A stretch of DNA of 64,000 bases. Origin: Nymphaea colorata (lineage: Eukaryota). The position numbers were made by a program, and so were the translations under genes. Below the pieces are notes generated by a model. That model made no database searches, was not told where the DNA came from, and worked only from the letters and a program-made list of their open reading frames with translations. Positions 13,861 through 27,850 of the stretch are shown in pieces; the stretch's first letter is position 1, and the number at the start of each line of letters is the position of its first letter. The stretch covers positions 10,664,001-10,728,000 of the forward strand of contig NC_045138.2 of NCBI RefSeq assembly GCF_008831285.2, given 5' to 3'.

Positions 13861-15016
13861 TTCATGCATCCTAGCTGGAGATATTTCGACACAAAAGCAG
13901 CTTACCAGGAAAAACAGAAGCAACTTAGGCTTCTGTGTGTTTTTTTCTAGAATACACCTGTGCATCCACTAAAACATTTTGTGCAACTATGGCTTGTTTT
14001 TTACTGGCAGAGATTCAGAGGACTTGGTGGTCTCCCCCATGGGCAAAAAAAAAATGATCTACATATTTGGTATCAACTACAAATGAATAATATTGATATC
14101 AATTCTACGAGATTGGCATAAGGCATGGTTCACTAGTGGAGGTAAGTGCCTCTCTTGAATTGCCTGCTCTGCTCTGTTTGATTGCTATCCAGCTATATAT
14201 CCTATCATTAGTTTTAGTCACTAGATCATCAATTCATCTTTTATATTCACTTCTTCCATATTCACCTCCCCTTTTCCTCAACCTCGAGGACAAATTTGAT
14301 TCTTGTTATTAACCATTGAATTGATAAACAAAAGCTGTCAAAATTGAAAAGAGGTCTTTCCCTTGGTGTAAGGATGAGTTTGAACAGTTAAACTTTATAC
14401 ACATGCACATTCAGTTTCACGTATAGAAGTTTCTCCTCAAAATTTGTGGTTTAAATGTTGAGAAACTTAGAACAAGATAAAATAAAAGCACCCTTTCAGA
14501 GTCTAGAAAGGATTTTATGAGGATGTAGAATTCCATGCCTTGAAAGTTTTCCAGTTGGTACAATCATATTTAAGCATTCAAAAAAAAGAAGAAGAAAATC
14601 ACTTCAAAGAAAGCACATCTATGGTTAGCTTTATGGAAGATACTTAGATAACAAGAACATACGTCTTATGCATTAATGTTCGTTTAATGAAACCATTCCT
14701 TTTCCTTCACCAACTTGCAAAGATTACTTAAACATCTACTTTATTATATCTCGATGGTAGTGGTATAAAGAGGATATCAATAGGCCATATTCAAAAGGAA
14801 AAGAAAAGAAAAGACGTAGAGAGCATCAATATGGAAAAAATAATAAAGCATGAACTTTAAAAACTTTGGTTCTTAAAGTTGTTACAAAATTAATGTTCAA
14901 AGCATATGTCTTTCTGCATTTCCATTATCCTAATGTTCAAAGAAGACGTTGCTCATCTAGCCTTTCCCATTTTTTAGAGAAAAATGTTCATTAGGTTGCT
15001 TCATTACATTGTTCAT

Positions 15017-15298
<282 letters not shown>

Positions 15299-15647
15299 TA
15301 GTGGAGGGCAAAAATTGGATAACAAAGAGTAGGTATCATATGATAGTAGTATGTTACTATTATTCTTATGTGTTGAGAAAAGCTGAAATAATTACATTTT
15401 ATTTTGGTTCTATGTTGGGCAAGTTTATAATATTTAAATGGAGTTCACGATTTTTTGAAATTGCCAAGAAGAATAATGCATTTATTGATAAGAAAATTAA
15501 ATGTCCTTGTTGAAAATATAGATATACGTAGCATCGTCCACAAGAGATGTTCTTTAGGAGCATATGAAGTTATTATAATGGATAATACTATATTGCTGCA
15601 AGTACACATTTATATTCTTCAAGAAACCTATTTATGTTACCTTTCAG

Positions 15648-15890
15648 CAATGAACATTAAAATTAAATCATATGACATCATTTCTCAAGGTATTGGTGTT
15701 GATAATAATGGATGTGTTTGTAGAGAAGGAGTCTTGGGTATTGGTATCAAAGCTTCTACCGTATTTGGTAGAGAAGGACTTACTCGTGATGAGTTCATAG
15801 CATAAAATACTGCATTGAAAGCCAAAAGTAGCTAACTTAGAAGCAAAGTTTGCTCAATGGAAAGAACACCTTGCTAAATTAACCAAATTA
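15648..15890 (+). pseudogene. CACTA TnpA-like (Ptta/En/Spm) C-terminal remnant
   Basis: DIISQGIGVDNNG...GVLGIGI followed, after a stop and frameshift, by coiled-coil ALKAK/VANLEAKFAQW; resembles the DILSQVLGxDxxGRVRGLG motif. Confidence 0.4.
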
Positions 15891-16380
15891 GATTAATGTA
15901 TTACAACCTAACTTCTTATTCGTATTGGCAGCCAACTGGCAATAATTGTTTTCAACATTTTAATGTTGTTTTACAACATAATTTCATTGTACCAAACTGG
16001 CTAGATTAATATTTTTGACATTACATGTATGTTCCATGATATGTATTGACTAATGAAAAAGGTTGCGATTGTGGAAGCATAGGACATAGTGGAACAATAC
16101 TTCTTTTATTGATTTCAAACTTTGTCATACGTTTTTATTTAATCTTTATGTTAGTTTGTTGGCACAATTAAACAACTAATTGGTTCTTTTATTGCATGAT
16201 AATTTAGTAGTTTCTTGTTCATTTGCGGATGGTCACTTTTGTTTCTACTTCTTTCAATTTATAACCTTTAATTAGCCAAAAGAGCCTTTTTCCATTATTT
16301 TTTTCTTTTGCATCATCTTATTGCAAATGCTTTTGGAGGAAGATCTCTATCTTGTAGCGAACCTAGAATTAAGGAACACA

Positions 16381-16873
16381 ATGGGTGATATTATTGTGGC
16401 AGCCATATCTATAGGTACTATTAGCAGCTGACTATTTTTTACAATTAATATCATTGTGTTTTTTCTTCTTTGGGTGAAGAAGAATGTTGCTTCCATATAT
16501 GAGTGGCATGTGGTCTTCATCGGCGGAGGGATTCTCACACAAATTACTGAAGGAGATGCTTGGAGGAGGAAGAAAATTAGGGAATTTTGGATTGTCAAGG
16601 TAAGGATTATTGGTTTCTTTTCTTGGGCTTTTTCACACTGTAATAGCTAGTCAACTTCCTAACTCCTAAATCTTCACTTGTTATCTTCACTCAGGTGCGT
16701 AGAGTCCAAACCTTTGTGGACACACTCGATATGCTCAAGACAAAAAACACTAATCCATTCAGCTAAGGGCAGACTATGATCCACCGCAAATCAGCCTCAA
16801 GGCAATACAAAGTGCTGCAAACAATTTTTTGAAAGAAAATAAACTTGGAGAAGGTGGATATGGTTCTGTTTAC
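16381..16873 (+). pseudogene. Receptor-like kinase fragment (TM exon + start of kinase domain; CRK/S-domain type)
   Basis: Hydrophobic segment with a stop, GT..AG intron ~16600-16694, then ISLKAIQSAANNFLKENKLGEGGYGSVY (subdomain I); rest of the kinase is absent. Confidence 0.8.
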
Positions 16874-19382
16874 GTGGAAATTGGAGTTACCCTAGTTGAT
16901 TTCTCCATGCCATTTGTTGATAAAGATAGCAAATTGTCATTTAAAAGTCATCCGTGTAACTTAAGTGTAAAAGAAGCTTTCAATTTCTGAATTTTTGTGT
17001 GGTTGCAGTTTTTTCAAGCATTGCTGAAATAGGTTTTTTGTTAAAAATTATTCCTTGTGCAGTGCCCAATTGAATTGAAATAATGACTGTGATGATATTC
17101 TTTAACATCTAAGTGGGAGTGAGCAACCATGATAGCTTGTGAGCAAGATCTTATAATTCATTGTGTTCTTTACTGACCAACATGAAACTCTTGGTTTGTA
17201 GGAACCGGGGTGACCCTCATAAAGAAGAGTTCTACTTCTATATGAAATCATACTATCCAGTTGATAATGTGTCTCCAGTAACCCTCATTCTTATCATTTT
17301 TATTTTTCCTCCAACTATTTTGTCCATTGGTCTTATGATTTTTTTATATGTTTCAATTTCATCACCTATTTTGATGTTTTTCTTTGAGTTTAACTTGTTA
17401 TAGCCTATTTACTAAATACTTCCTGTTTTCATGCTTTTTACAAGTACATGTTAGTTGAAAATTTATTGTACCTTGTTCCAAAAGTTTTTGTTCTATTTCT
17501 GTTGGTCGTTAGTCTTTCCTTTCTCAAAGTTTTTTCCTATCTAGACTCTTGGTTCTCGAATCCAATACAATATAATAACACTTTTTTAATTTGTATGTAT
17601 GATACCAATGATGGAAAAATGCAAAAACTTATGCATAGTGTCACTAAACTAGTATACTCTCAAACATTTGTTTCTCAAATGCTTTAGGAGTTTTTTCTTT
17701 TTGAAATAAATATCAAATAACAGTGATGGGGATGGCCACTATTCTTATTGCAAATAATTGGCACATTTAATATGTATAAAGAATAATGCACTAACTCCTT
17801 ATGCTTTTCATGTTTTGATGCATAATCTTTTCGGGTCCTGTGACAATAAAGAGGCACGTCTTTACCTGTAGTAAGAGTTTACAATGGAAACTTAACTAAA
17901 CTAGTGGAATGCCATCTAGTTCCATAACTGAAGCTTCAACTAGGTAGAATTGCTTGTTTAGAAGCTGGAAGCTTCATTATTCTCTTGAAAGAACAAAAGT
18001 CTAGGAATGTGTGGTTTATCATAATATGAAGTTTGCTTTCTACGCATCAGTAAGCTTTGTTTACATTTCACATCCCAGTTGATCCTAACACTTCTTCATC
18101 AATTTCATCCTATTTGATTGAGAGCAAGAAAGAAAGATAAGCCAATGGTATAAGGATAACTTTCAATGGAAATTCTCATTGCAAGTTGAGGTTAGGTTTG
18201 CAAGCCATGTTCTATGGGAAGACATGTAATTGGATAATGGGGTCAAGCTGGATAGTATATCATCCACTTTCATCTTATCCCTTTAACATTTGGATTTGGA
18301 TGAGTTCGTTATTTCACTTTTTATTTGATTTCACTAGATTAATCCATAAAATTATCCATACATTTTGGTAATCGCTAAATGGTGAGTAACATGGCTTATA
18401 GTTATGCATAACTTTTTCCTCCTATAAGTCCCTTCCATCTATTCACCATACAGTTTTGGTCTAGATCCACGTGTTTTGTACCCTGAATCTACAAAGTTTT
18501 TGGCAAAGTTAAGACATGAAAACTGATAATAATCTTCTTCCATTCAAATGTGAACTTGGTGCTGGCCACTTCTTGAAGTCTGGAAGATAATTCTGATCAC
18601 ATTTTTCTTTGGAAATAATCAATTGTTAAAGTTACTTTTGAAATATTACTAGTGCCAACGTAGGTTGTCATCCAGGTCCTTGTTAATTAGACATTGCAAT
18701 AACTGTGTCATCATGCCAACCATTTGTAGTCAATGATGTGACATGTATAAAGCTCTTAAATTTCAACTATAATTAAGTAATTGGTTGCAATCATGCAGTA
18801 GGCTAGTTGCTAGGAGTCAGAGACCTTGATGTTCTCTACTTAGTTCTTTGTCTATTTGATTCTCATACGATTATTGGTCTTGCAACAAGATGGTGATGTT
18901 CTTAAATCTTCCTTTTTCTGACAGGTAGCCCTCTTGGTTAATTTGTGCTTTCTTTTCATTTTCATATTTTTGCACACAATAAACTGTACATAGACCAGAA
19001 CGTGCACAGACCCCTCCCCCAATGGATGTATAAAACACATAGCACTCATAACATGTAGCCCAAATTCATGTTTGTCATATAGGCAATTGACAGATTTATC
19101 CATGTTTTTTTACATACGTATGCCAAATTAGGCTATGAGATTAAATTCATTAATTATGTTTTATCATGAAAATGACATAAATACATTGAAAAAGGAAAGG
19201 AACATTGATTCAATAAATATCAAGAAAGCATTTGATCACAATGAGGCAAGAATTCATCTTGTCAATTACCCATACAAGTCGGGGATGACTTTGGGGAAAA
19301 CACCGTGTATAATTCTAACCTATTTGTGTATGGTTGGTGTAGATTTGAGAAACTACAAGGAGATGCGAAAACCTATTTGTAG

Positions 19383-19701
19383 GGGGTGATTGATCTTAAG
19401 TTTCTATTGGAAAAAATGGAGGCTAAACTAAAGCAGAAGCATTTAACAGGAAAGAAATTTTGGAGAAAATAGAGAAGTGGTTGGCTGCATGTGAGGAAGA
19501 AAATTGGCTTGATGAGAAGTACAACAGGGTGAGGTGATTTTTTTGCAATGGGAAAGCTAACTTAGTAAGCATGCTTTAGCCATCCCAAAACTTATGACTT
19601 ATTCTTTTGGTAGAATGAGAACAAATACAATGTTGGCAAAGGTGCACACTTGACACTAAAGAGGGCTGAAAAAGCTCATTCAATAGTTAAGAACCTATCA
19701 G
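19383..19701 (+). pseudogene. MAP65: MAP65/Ase1/PRC1 microtubule-associated protein two-exon fragment (frameshifted)
   Basis: [43 protein letters not shown], intron 19529-19613, NENKYNVGKGAHLTLKRAEKAHSIV matches the conserved MAP65 motif. Confidence 0.85.
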
Positions 19702-19879
19702 TTTTTTGCGTATCTATCTTGGAAGATAATTAGCTTGAGGAATACAAACTATAGCAGAGATAAATCACCTATGAAAATCCCTTGATCAGCTCTCAAGGTA
19801 GAGAGAGGCATAGCTGGCAAAGACCTTTATTGATTTTCTTCACCGCTATAGATAAAAAAAAATCTCCAAAACCAACAAG

Positions 19880-20103
19880 AGTTGGGAAATTGTTCACAAT
19901 TCCCAATAACTGATACCAACAAAAAGATTTTCCCTTACAGAATTTTTGCCAATGGCTCTATAACTGTCAATATATGAATAGGAAATGTCTCTATGGGGTC
20001 TTTGCCAATGGCTCTATAGCTGTCAACATATGAATTGCCAATGTCTCTATGGGGTCTTTGCCAATGGCTAGAGCTGTTGGCAATACCCAAAATTATTATA
20101 GTT
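19880..20103. mobile_element. CACTA right end with subterminal repeats
   Basis: Three tttgccaatggc repeats, then gctgttggcaatacccaaaattattatagtt (degenerate ...TAGTG terminus). Confidence 0.55.
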
Positions 20104-21984
20104 TCAAATGGGCATTTATATATGGTTGCTTGCTTTTTGATGACTTTCCATGATATGGGGCTATCTTCAATAAAGATGGAATGACCAGATCAACCTCCTT
20201 ATTATGGGACAAAAAAACCAAACTGGATCACAAAAACCTTTTATCTGAAGTTGGTTGTTGAACTGAAACAACACCCCAAATCCAAGAGTGGGTTTGATGT
20301 ATGAAAGGATTCTAGAACAACATCAAGATGAGTAGTTCTTGGATTGTCCATGAATTGATTGATAATGTGGACACTGTGCACGATGTCGGGTTGAGATATT
20401 GTTAAATAAATAAGTCAGCCAATCAACTTCAAGAAAAAAGTGGGATCCTTTAAGAGTTGACCTTTCTCATCACCCATTTTTAGATGTTGCTTCATTAGAA
20501 AATCATTGGATTTAGCATTAGTGTATCTTGATTCTCACAAGATGTCCATCATATACCTTTTCTGGGATAAAAATATCCCTTTTGAGATCTAGCAACTTCA
20601 ACGCCTAGTAAGTATTTCAATTCTCCTAGGTCCTACGAGCTGAATTTGTTATGGATGATAAATTTCAAACCATGTATGACATCAATGTTGTCACATGCGA
20701 TAACAATATCATCTTCGTGTACAATCATAAACACACTATCATGCATGTTGGTCGATTTTCAAAAAGAATGATCACCTTAGATTCGGAGAAGCCAAGCTGT
20801 TTCAAGAGTTTAGTAAGTTGGAAGAACCAATTAGGAGAATATTAGAAGAGTTCGGCCGGTTTGGAGAGGACGAAAGAATCACTCGGGTTGGGTCTTGTGA
20901 GCATCTGTAGAATAGAAGCTGCCGGAGAAACCGAGTTTATCTTGGGTGGTTGTTTTCCTTTCCAAAGAGTACTTGTATGTGGTGGAAGACCATGAAGATG
21001 AAAGCACCAATCCTTAGGATGGCCTAGCTTTCCACAGTGCTGGCACTTAGGTTGTGATTGTCCCTTGTACCACACACAGTTCCCTTTGTTGGATTGTCCA
21101 TGGCAACAGCAGATACACTTTCAGATAGACAGGCAATAACGCGGACATCACGCTGGCATTTTAATCAATCGGCACAAGCTTGGGAAACTGAAGGAGTCGG
21201 GTCCATGAGAAGACTTTGCCTTCAAATGGGACCATATATAGCATTGGTTAACTCCCATTAAGGATTGGATTAGCCGATCTTTCTGTTGAACATATGGAAG
21301 AGGGAAATGAGCACCATTCTCATCCCATAGACCTTTTGTTTTGGTAAAATATAAACCGATGGAGGACTCTTTTGTTTGCAATTAATGATTTGTTGTTGGA
21401 TTTGAAATGAGAGAGGCGTTAGATTGGGAGAATTTCTATTTTAACTCAGTCCATACTACCACAGTGGATTTGAAATGTTTTTTTGGAGCAAGTTCAGCAG
21501 CCAAGGTGGAACCATGTTGTTGCAGTGTTGCCATGAGATGACGAGAGACGGTGGTTCCTTGGGCTTTGGTATATTCCCATCGACGACGCCAAGTTTTTAA
21601 GTTTATTCTTAGCCAAAAGTACCATGGGCATTGCACGGCACCATATCTCCTAATATATATGGACCATCTACAGTTAGAGTAGATAAGATGAAGTTGTTTT
21701 CATATCTGGTTGAGGAGACCGATAATCGACCATGGAGAAGGGTTAAGGTGTCACTTGCTTTTATACCATAACGAGAGAGAAAAGATAAAATGAGGCAAAT
21801 CTTATCGTTTTCTTTATTAGAACATTGTGAATATATATACAACTAATTAAGGAGGAGGAAGGACACACAATGTATTGATCTTCAATGAAGGAAATAAAGT
21901 ATTACTCAATAGGAGCAAGAAAGGTAAGTGTTCTTGCCGCAACAAGTTAGAGGAGTAGACGTTAAAGAGGATTAATGTTCAACA
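20104..21984 (-). mobile_element. Ty1/copia retrotransposon, internally deleted
   Basis: LTR ~21770-21984; PBS-like TGGTATAAAAGC 21757-21768; gag zinc knuckle CQHCGKLGHPKDWC; RT motifs DDIVI, DLGELKYLLGVEVARS, PDIVHSVHIINQFMDNP; RNase H FCDPVW...PISWK..KKQATI. Confidence 0.85.
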
Positions 21985-22420
21985 CTTAATGTCAGAAATG
22001 TTAACGTTCAAGAAAAAGTTCAGCATATAGACTAATATGTAGAGTTTGAATTTGGTCTCAGATACACGTTTCAACAGCATTCAGCCAGAAAAAATATCTG
22101 GAGGGACTGCAGTCAGTCACTGGTTTCTATATCCAAAAGGGCACTATGTATATAACAGAATAAATATTTGACAGTTGATATAAAAATAAAGAAACATTGA
22201 AACGCTGGTGTCGGCAATTGCCCACTACACCAGCCCATATGTGGCTCCGCCTCCTAGCTCTAACTTGACTTGCCTAACTAATGAAGTTTATCTTTTAATA
22301 TAGCTTGACTTATTTAATAAACGAGTCAAACCTGAACCGAGCATATACGAGTTTGTGGTTGAGTTGCTTGACTTGTTCCGCCGACATATTCAGATTCTTC
22401 TATTAATTAGTTACCATGGA

Positions 22421-22503
<83 letters not shown>

Positions 22504-22630
22504 TTCTTTCATTTTTTTTCTCGATTTTTCATTCTAATGTTTGAGAATACCTAAGCAATCAAACTCGCCCCTTCTTCAAAGCTCTACATACCTGCATTAA
22601 TCCCTCAATCACTTGGTTTTCTAGCAAAAA

Positions 22631-22782
22631 ACTGGAAGAAAATCTTGTAAGTATACGAAAGGAAAGAGGATTCGGAAGCTGTTTAGGCTCATGGCTTTGA
22701 ATATAGACTGGAAGAAAATCTTGTAAGTATACGAAAGGAAAGAGGATTCGGAAGCTGTTTAGGCTCATGGCTTTGAATATAG
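22631..22782 (+). repeat. Perfect 76-bp tandem duplication
   Basis: 22631-22706 is identical to 22707-22782. Confidence 0.9.
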
Positions 22783-22990
22783 ATTTTTTACTTGATTAGA
22801 TTTAAATATTATTGGAGAGTGACAAAGTGATAGAGTTTATTTTTGTGTCGGGTGATCTTTAGACAATTGATCATTGATGATTGATTGTTCCGCCCTCTTC
22901 TTCTCCCTGTTTTGCTTTGGCTTTTGCTTCATTTGCGCAGGTTCACATATTTTACACGTTAGACATAATTCTATGGGAAAGGAAGTTTTT

Positions 22991-23410
22991 GAAATAAATT
23001 ACAAAATCACCACCAAACTTTTCAAGCTCTTAAATATACACCTCAATTTCCTATAATTCTCAAAATCGCCACCTTCAAATAAAAAGCTTCAATTTAGAGG
23101 GATAATTTATACAATTGTCCTTCTCGAAACAAAATATCTAAAAATGAAAAAATATATGTATAAAAATGAAAAAAAGCTCTCGCTGTCCGATGCAGGACCC
23201 ATGCTAAACACGGAGGGGGAGCCACCAGCTCTCCCTCGCTATCGAAAGAGGACCATCAAGCCAAGCGGTTTTTCTATAGGTTTTATTTTTTTATGTTTTT
23301 TTGGGAGATTTTTATAGAGATAACTATGTAATTACCTCTTTAAATTGATGTTTATTTCAAGGGCGTTATTTGTTATTTGACCATTTGTTAGGAGCATTTT
23401 ATAAATTTTC
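22991..23410. mobile_element. Mutator-like MITE
   Basis: Long imperfect inverted termini (gaaataaattacaaaatcacc... / ...gcattttataaattttc) around a GC-richer core. Confidence 0.5.
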
Positions 23411-23819
23411 ATTTTTTTAAAAAACATGAGCACTCAACTTGATCAGTGAAGCTTGTCCGTTAGTTAAAGTATCTTGGAAGCTTTTCCATTGAAGACGCCT
23501 TGCCTTGGACTTACGCTCACCGTGACATCCACCATGGCAATAAGTGAAGCAACACCCAAGTCTCATGCCCAAAACAATGTATCGAAAATCAGAATATAGG
23601 AAGCGAGCTTTTCAAAGTCAAGAAGTTAGGGACTCCCGCTGGGTCGAGTAACCGATTTGTGAGTCACTGGGTCAATCTGGTGACTCGGTCTGGTTCTGGC
23701 ATTTTGATTTTTACCCTAGAAAATATGTACCTATTTACATAAAAAAATGTTAGTTTACATATTATGTATATACTAATGTTTCTAATGCACTATAATAATC
23801 ATATGTTACATATTTTCAA

Positions 23820-24170
23820 TAGGGATATTGTCGACATTGGATTCAAAGTGGAGTATTCTTTACTATATTCAGGTGTTCACATATTCATGAGATTCGATTA
23901 AGTGTTCGAATATGAATGGAGAAAAGTTTAATAGCATATCCAAATTCACAATCTGAATCTGACTTCCAAATTCACAGCTAAATTCAAACTGGAGAAGCAA
24001 CTGCAATACAATCTTTTAAGAACCAACTTTGAAAATGTATGGATACTGGACGTAGGATACTTGTTTAAGTTCGAACCAATCCAATTTCTTAATCAGATGC
24101 TAATCTTCTTCTATATGACTTTTTTGGAGCAGTTTAGGATGATATTCGATCTAAATCAGATATATCAACA
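23820..24170. mobile_element. Degenerate MITE, GGATT/AATCC-repeat family
   Basis: Starts tagggat; same motifs as 24968-25331 and 29093-29520. Confidence 0.45.
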
Positions 24171-24856
24171 CCTCAAATTTTCACTCAACCTTACATTTGT
24201 AAGATAAAAGAACATTTATCTGCCTATTATAGGTAAGATGCAAATTTTAGTAATATGTTTGATACAATTGCACTATTAACGTCCAATAAAATTAGAACGA
24301 TGCATGCGTATCTTCTGCATCACACACATTTAATGAAAATTTGAAAGAGTACATACATATATTTTTAACATCATTTAAATAATCTTTTGTGCAATATAAC
24401 CTTATGTTGTATACATGAACAAACCGATCAAACCGACCTGCGACTCGACTGATTCGGTTGAAACTCAAACAACTCGGCCGAGCCTAGCTAGCCTCTTCTT
24501 GGTTTCGCCATTCTTCATACCAAGCTAGGGACCAGGAAAATACAAGGGGGAATCTTGACCAATTAATGTAGAGCAAGGTCGTCGGAGAGTGGGAAGGATG
24601 GAGGGGAAGACACAAAAGAGTGAGCAATTGGGTCGTGGGGGTTCATGCAAGGGGCGAGCCGGAACAAGGAGAGGGCTCACTTTCTGACGTGACTCCAAAG
24701 TCTCAAAGAATCACACGCAAAAGCAAAGAATCCTCCTACCTGTTGCTTGGACCCTCCTTCGTCCTCCTCTTCTCATGAAAGTGATGTGAATCCCATTCCC
24801 CTCCCTTGGCTTAAGCCAGAAGCCTCAAAACTGGAAAAAGTTGCGTGTTGGTGCAT

Positions 24857-24893
<37 letters not shown>

Positions 24894-24967
24894 GGGGTTC
24901 ATTGCTTGGTGGCTGCCGCACAGCGCCACTAGTATCACAAAATTTGGATTGTGGATAGGATTGGTGA

Positions 24968-25331
24968 GTGGGAATGTCAATTGATTGGATTCAGATCAGA
25001 TATTCAACTGAATTACTTCAAAAACATTATACATAAGAAAATTTTCAACATCCAGATCAGATTCAGAGTTGGTTTTAACTAAATATTCAAGTGAATTTGG
25101 ATTCCAATTCACATTTAATTGTGAAAAAGTATCCTATGCCCATTAATATGTGTTCCTAATTTTTGAAAGTTTGTGTATTTAAAAAATGGATTGGGATTCG
25201 GTTGTGAATTTTTATATTTGGATTAGATTTCGATTTCAAATTGGAAATTGAAAGTCCAACCTAAATATGTGAACATATGATAATCAAGTATGGTACTTCT
25301 TACTCCAACCTCTGATCTACTGACATCCCTA
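24968..25331. mobile_element. MITE, TAGGGATGTCAA-type terminus (hAT-like)
   Basis: gggaatgtcaattgattggatt ... tgacatcccta. Confidence 0.6.
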
Positions 25332-27149
25332 CTAATGAAGCAATCGGTCGATTCACCAATCCAAGTGAAATCAGCCGTAATTCAGCTAATATATTTAAAA
25401 AGTTATTTTTGAAAAATAATTAAAAGCTATACTAAAAATAATTAAGAAATAAAAATTCTAAAATATACTAAAAATTAGTTAAAAAATTCTAAAATCTACT
25501 AAAAATTAGTTAAAACTTGTCAGGCGGCACTCTTGGATCGGCCATTGCACATCGAATCCAACCAATTTTGTCTTGCACTGAAATTGATAGGACTTGAGCT
25601 TCATATGAAAGAAAGGAAGATGCGTCGAATGCGTAGCCGTACGTTTTGATTATTAGAGTAGCTGAATATCGATGGGGAAGTTTCACATCAAAACTAGAAT
25701 CTCGGCCCCACTTTCACTCAACATCAATGACTTATTTATGTAACGGGATATAAAGGGAGGTATAACTATACTATATATGACAGATTTAGAAATACTTACA
25801 AAAAGCCACTCAATAAGTAATCATATTACAAATACATGTTAAACTTTTGGAATATTATGATTAACCCCTCATATTTTTGAAATAACAGTTTGGACTGGTT
25901 CTGCTACATGGTGAACAGTGTGCAGAAGGAGCCGGGCAATAAGAACATATAACGGTAGGTTCCTTCTGCTCCAGGGAATGGTTTGCTAAGGGTGACGATC
26001 TTAGGTCAAACCCCTGATTGGGAAACTATGAGCTTGTTGAATGTGCCTCTATGGAGGCACTTTGCGAGAGAGTGGAGTCATTTTCCTTAGCCTCCTTACT
26101 GAGCTCAGGTCTAGGCCCATTCTGTTTCTTTTTTCCCTATTCTTTCATTTGTTGTATTCTTTCTTTCTTGATTGCATACAAAGGTAGGGAGCCTATTTCC
26201 CAGTGAAGTTGATTGGAGATTTCAAAATTTTACTACAAAGCTGATCAGTTACTTTTAGGGCATTTGGTGATAGAAACATTAACATGGAATGTTTGGAAGT
26301 CTGTCCCTAAGATTGGGGTAGATTTACAGAACACTAAAATGCAGTGTCCTATAAATTTGTCCCAATCTTTGGTACAGATTTGTGGAACATTGTGTTAGGG
26401 TTCATATTTTCAAATATTTCCTTAATTACCTCACTTTAACTGTTTTAGTATACAGTGGATTACCGTGCACGGTAACTAATGAAGGCTGGTTTCTACTCTT
26501 TTAGGAGAGAGGTACTATTAGTTTTTTCTTGAAAAAGTTATTCTTTCAGTCTTCAATTTTGACCTTGTAGGAGTGAGTCCTTTCTTTTACCATCAATTGT
26601 AATTTAGTCTTCTAGCTTCTAATACATAGTCCGGTGCTAGAGGCCTAATAAATGCTCTGCTCCAAGTCCAGCGACCACCTTGAACAAAAACCATCAATCT
26701 TTGCAAGCACAATATCGATTTCCAAAATTTCATGGAACCCACCTGGTTTATACCCAGTAATCTTTTTCATAAACACTTTTTACCTAAAGAATTGGATCTT
26801 ACTTCCAATTCACATTCAATTATGAAAGTTTGGTTTTAAGTGTTGATGAAAAAGATTACTTAAAACCCAGTAATCTTTTTCCTCAACACTAATTCCAGAC
26901 ACCCCCTTATTACAGAATTTCAATTTCACGAATGATAACAACACTCTTGTCTAGAGGTCCAATAATTATAAAATTTAAATAAATTTAAGCCAAATCTTCT
27001 AGACTCCACAAATCAAGAGAAATGATTAGTTCATTATAATTCAAAATAGACTTTGAAACACCTGAAGGCCAAAAGCAGTTCAAGATAAGTGTCTCCAAAT
27101 ATTATTCACCATTGTCCAGTCAAGTGTCTGGTAATCCTTTACTCCTAAT

Positions 27150-27850
27150 CCAATTGTTATATCAGAATGTAGAGTTGTGTGGGTCATGAAGAATGTCGAT
27201 GTTACACTTATTCCTTAAATTTATTAAAATCTCTACACCAAACCCCATGAAATCTTCTACCAATATTATTACTCTCATTTCACACACAATTGCCAATAAC
27301 CTTACAAGGAATACTTATGTTTTTAAAATTGTAGTAAGTTGCGCAAAGGATATTCTCCATTCCATGCCATTGTTATGCAAGCATAAACTCCACAGCAAGG
27401 AACCGCATATCTAAGTGTCCCTCCTGCAATCAACTAATGTCTTGCCATGTGAATGACTTTACTTGCAACCTTGACTGAACCCTAGCAGCTTGACTCCCCA
27501 CTATTGTTATACTAGAATCTAGAGTTGTGTAAGTCATGAACAATATCAAAGTTGCATTCATTCCTTGAATTTATTAAAATCTTTTCACCAAACCCCATGC
27601 AATCTGCTATCAATCTTAGCTCCTTCATTTCACATATAGTTAGAGTTGCCAACAACTACACAAGGGATATTTATGTCCTTAAAATTATAGTAAGTTGCAA
27701 AAAGGATATTCTCCTATCAATGCCATTGTTATGCAAGTATAAACTCCACAACAAGGAACCACATATCTGAGTCACAAAGTGTCCATTCCGCAATCAACCA
27801 ATGTCTTGCCATATCAATGAATTTAATTGAAACCTCGACCAGATCCTAGT
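27150..27850. repeat. ~350-bp tandem duplication within the LINE endonuclease region
   Basis: Parallel antisense ORFs 27193-27414 and 27552-27770 are near-identical. Confidence 0.85.
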
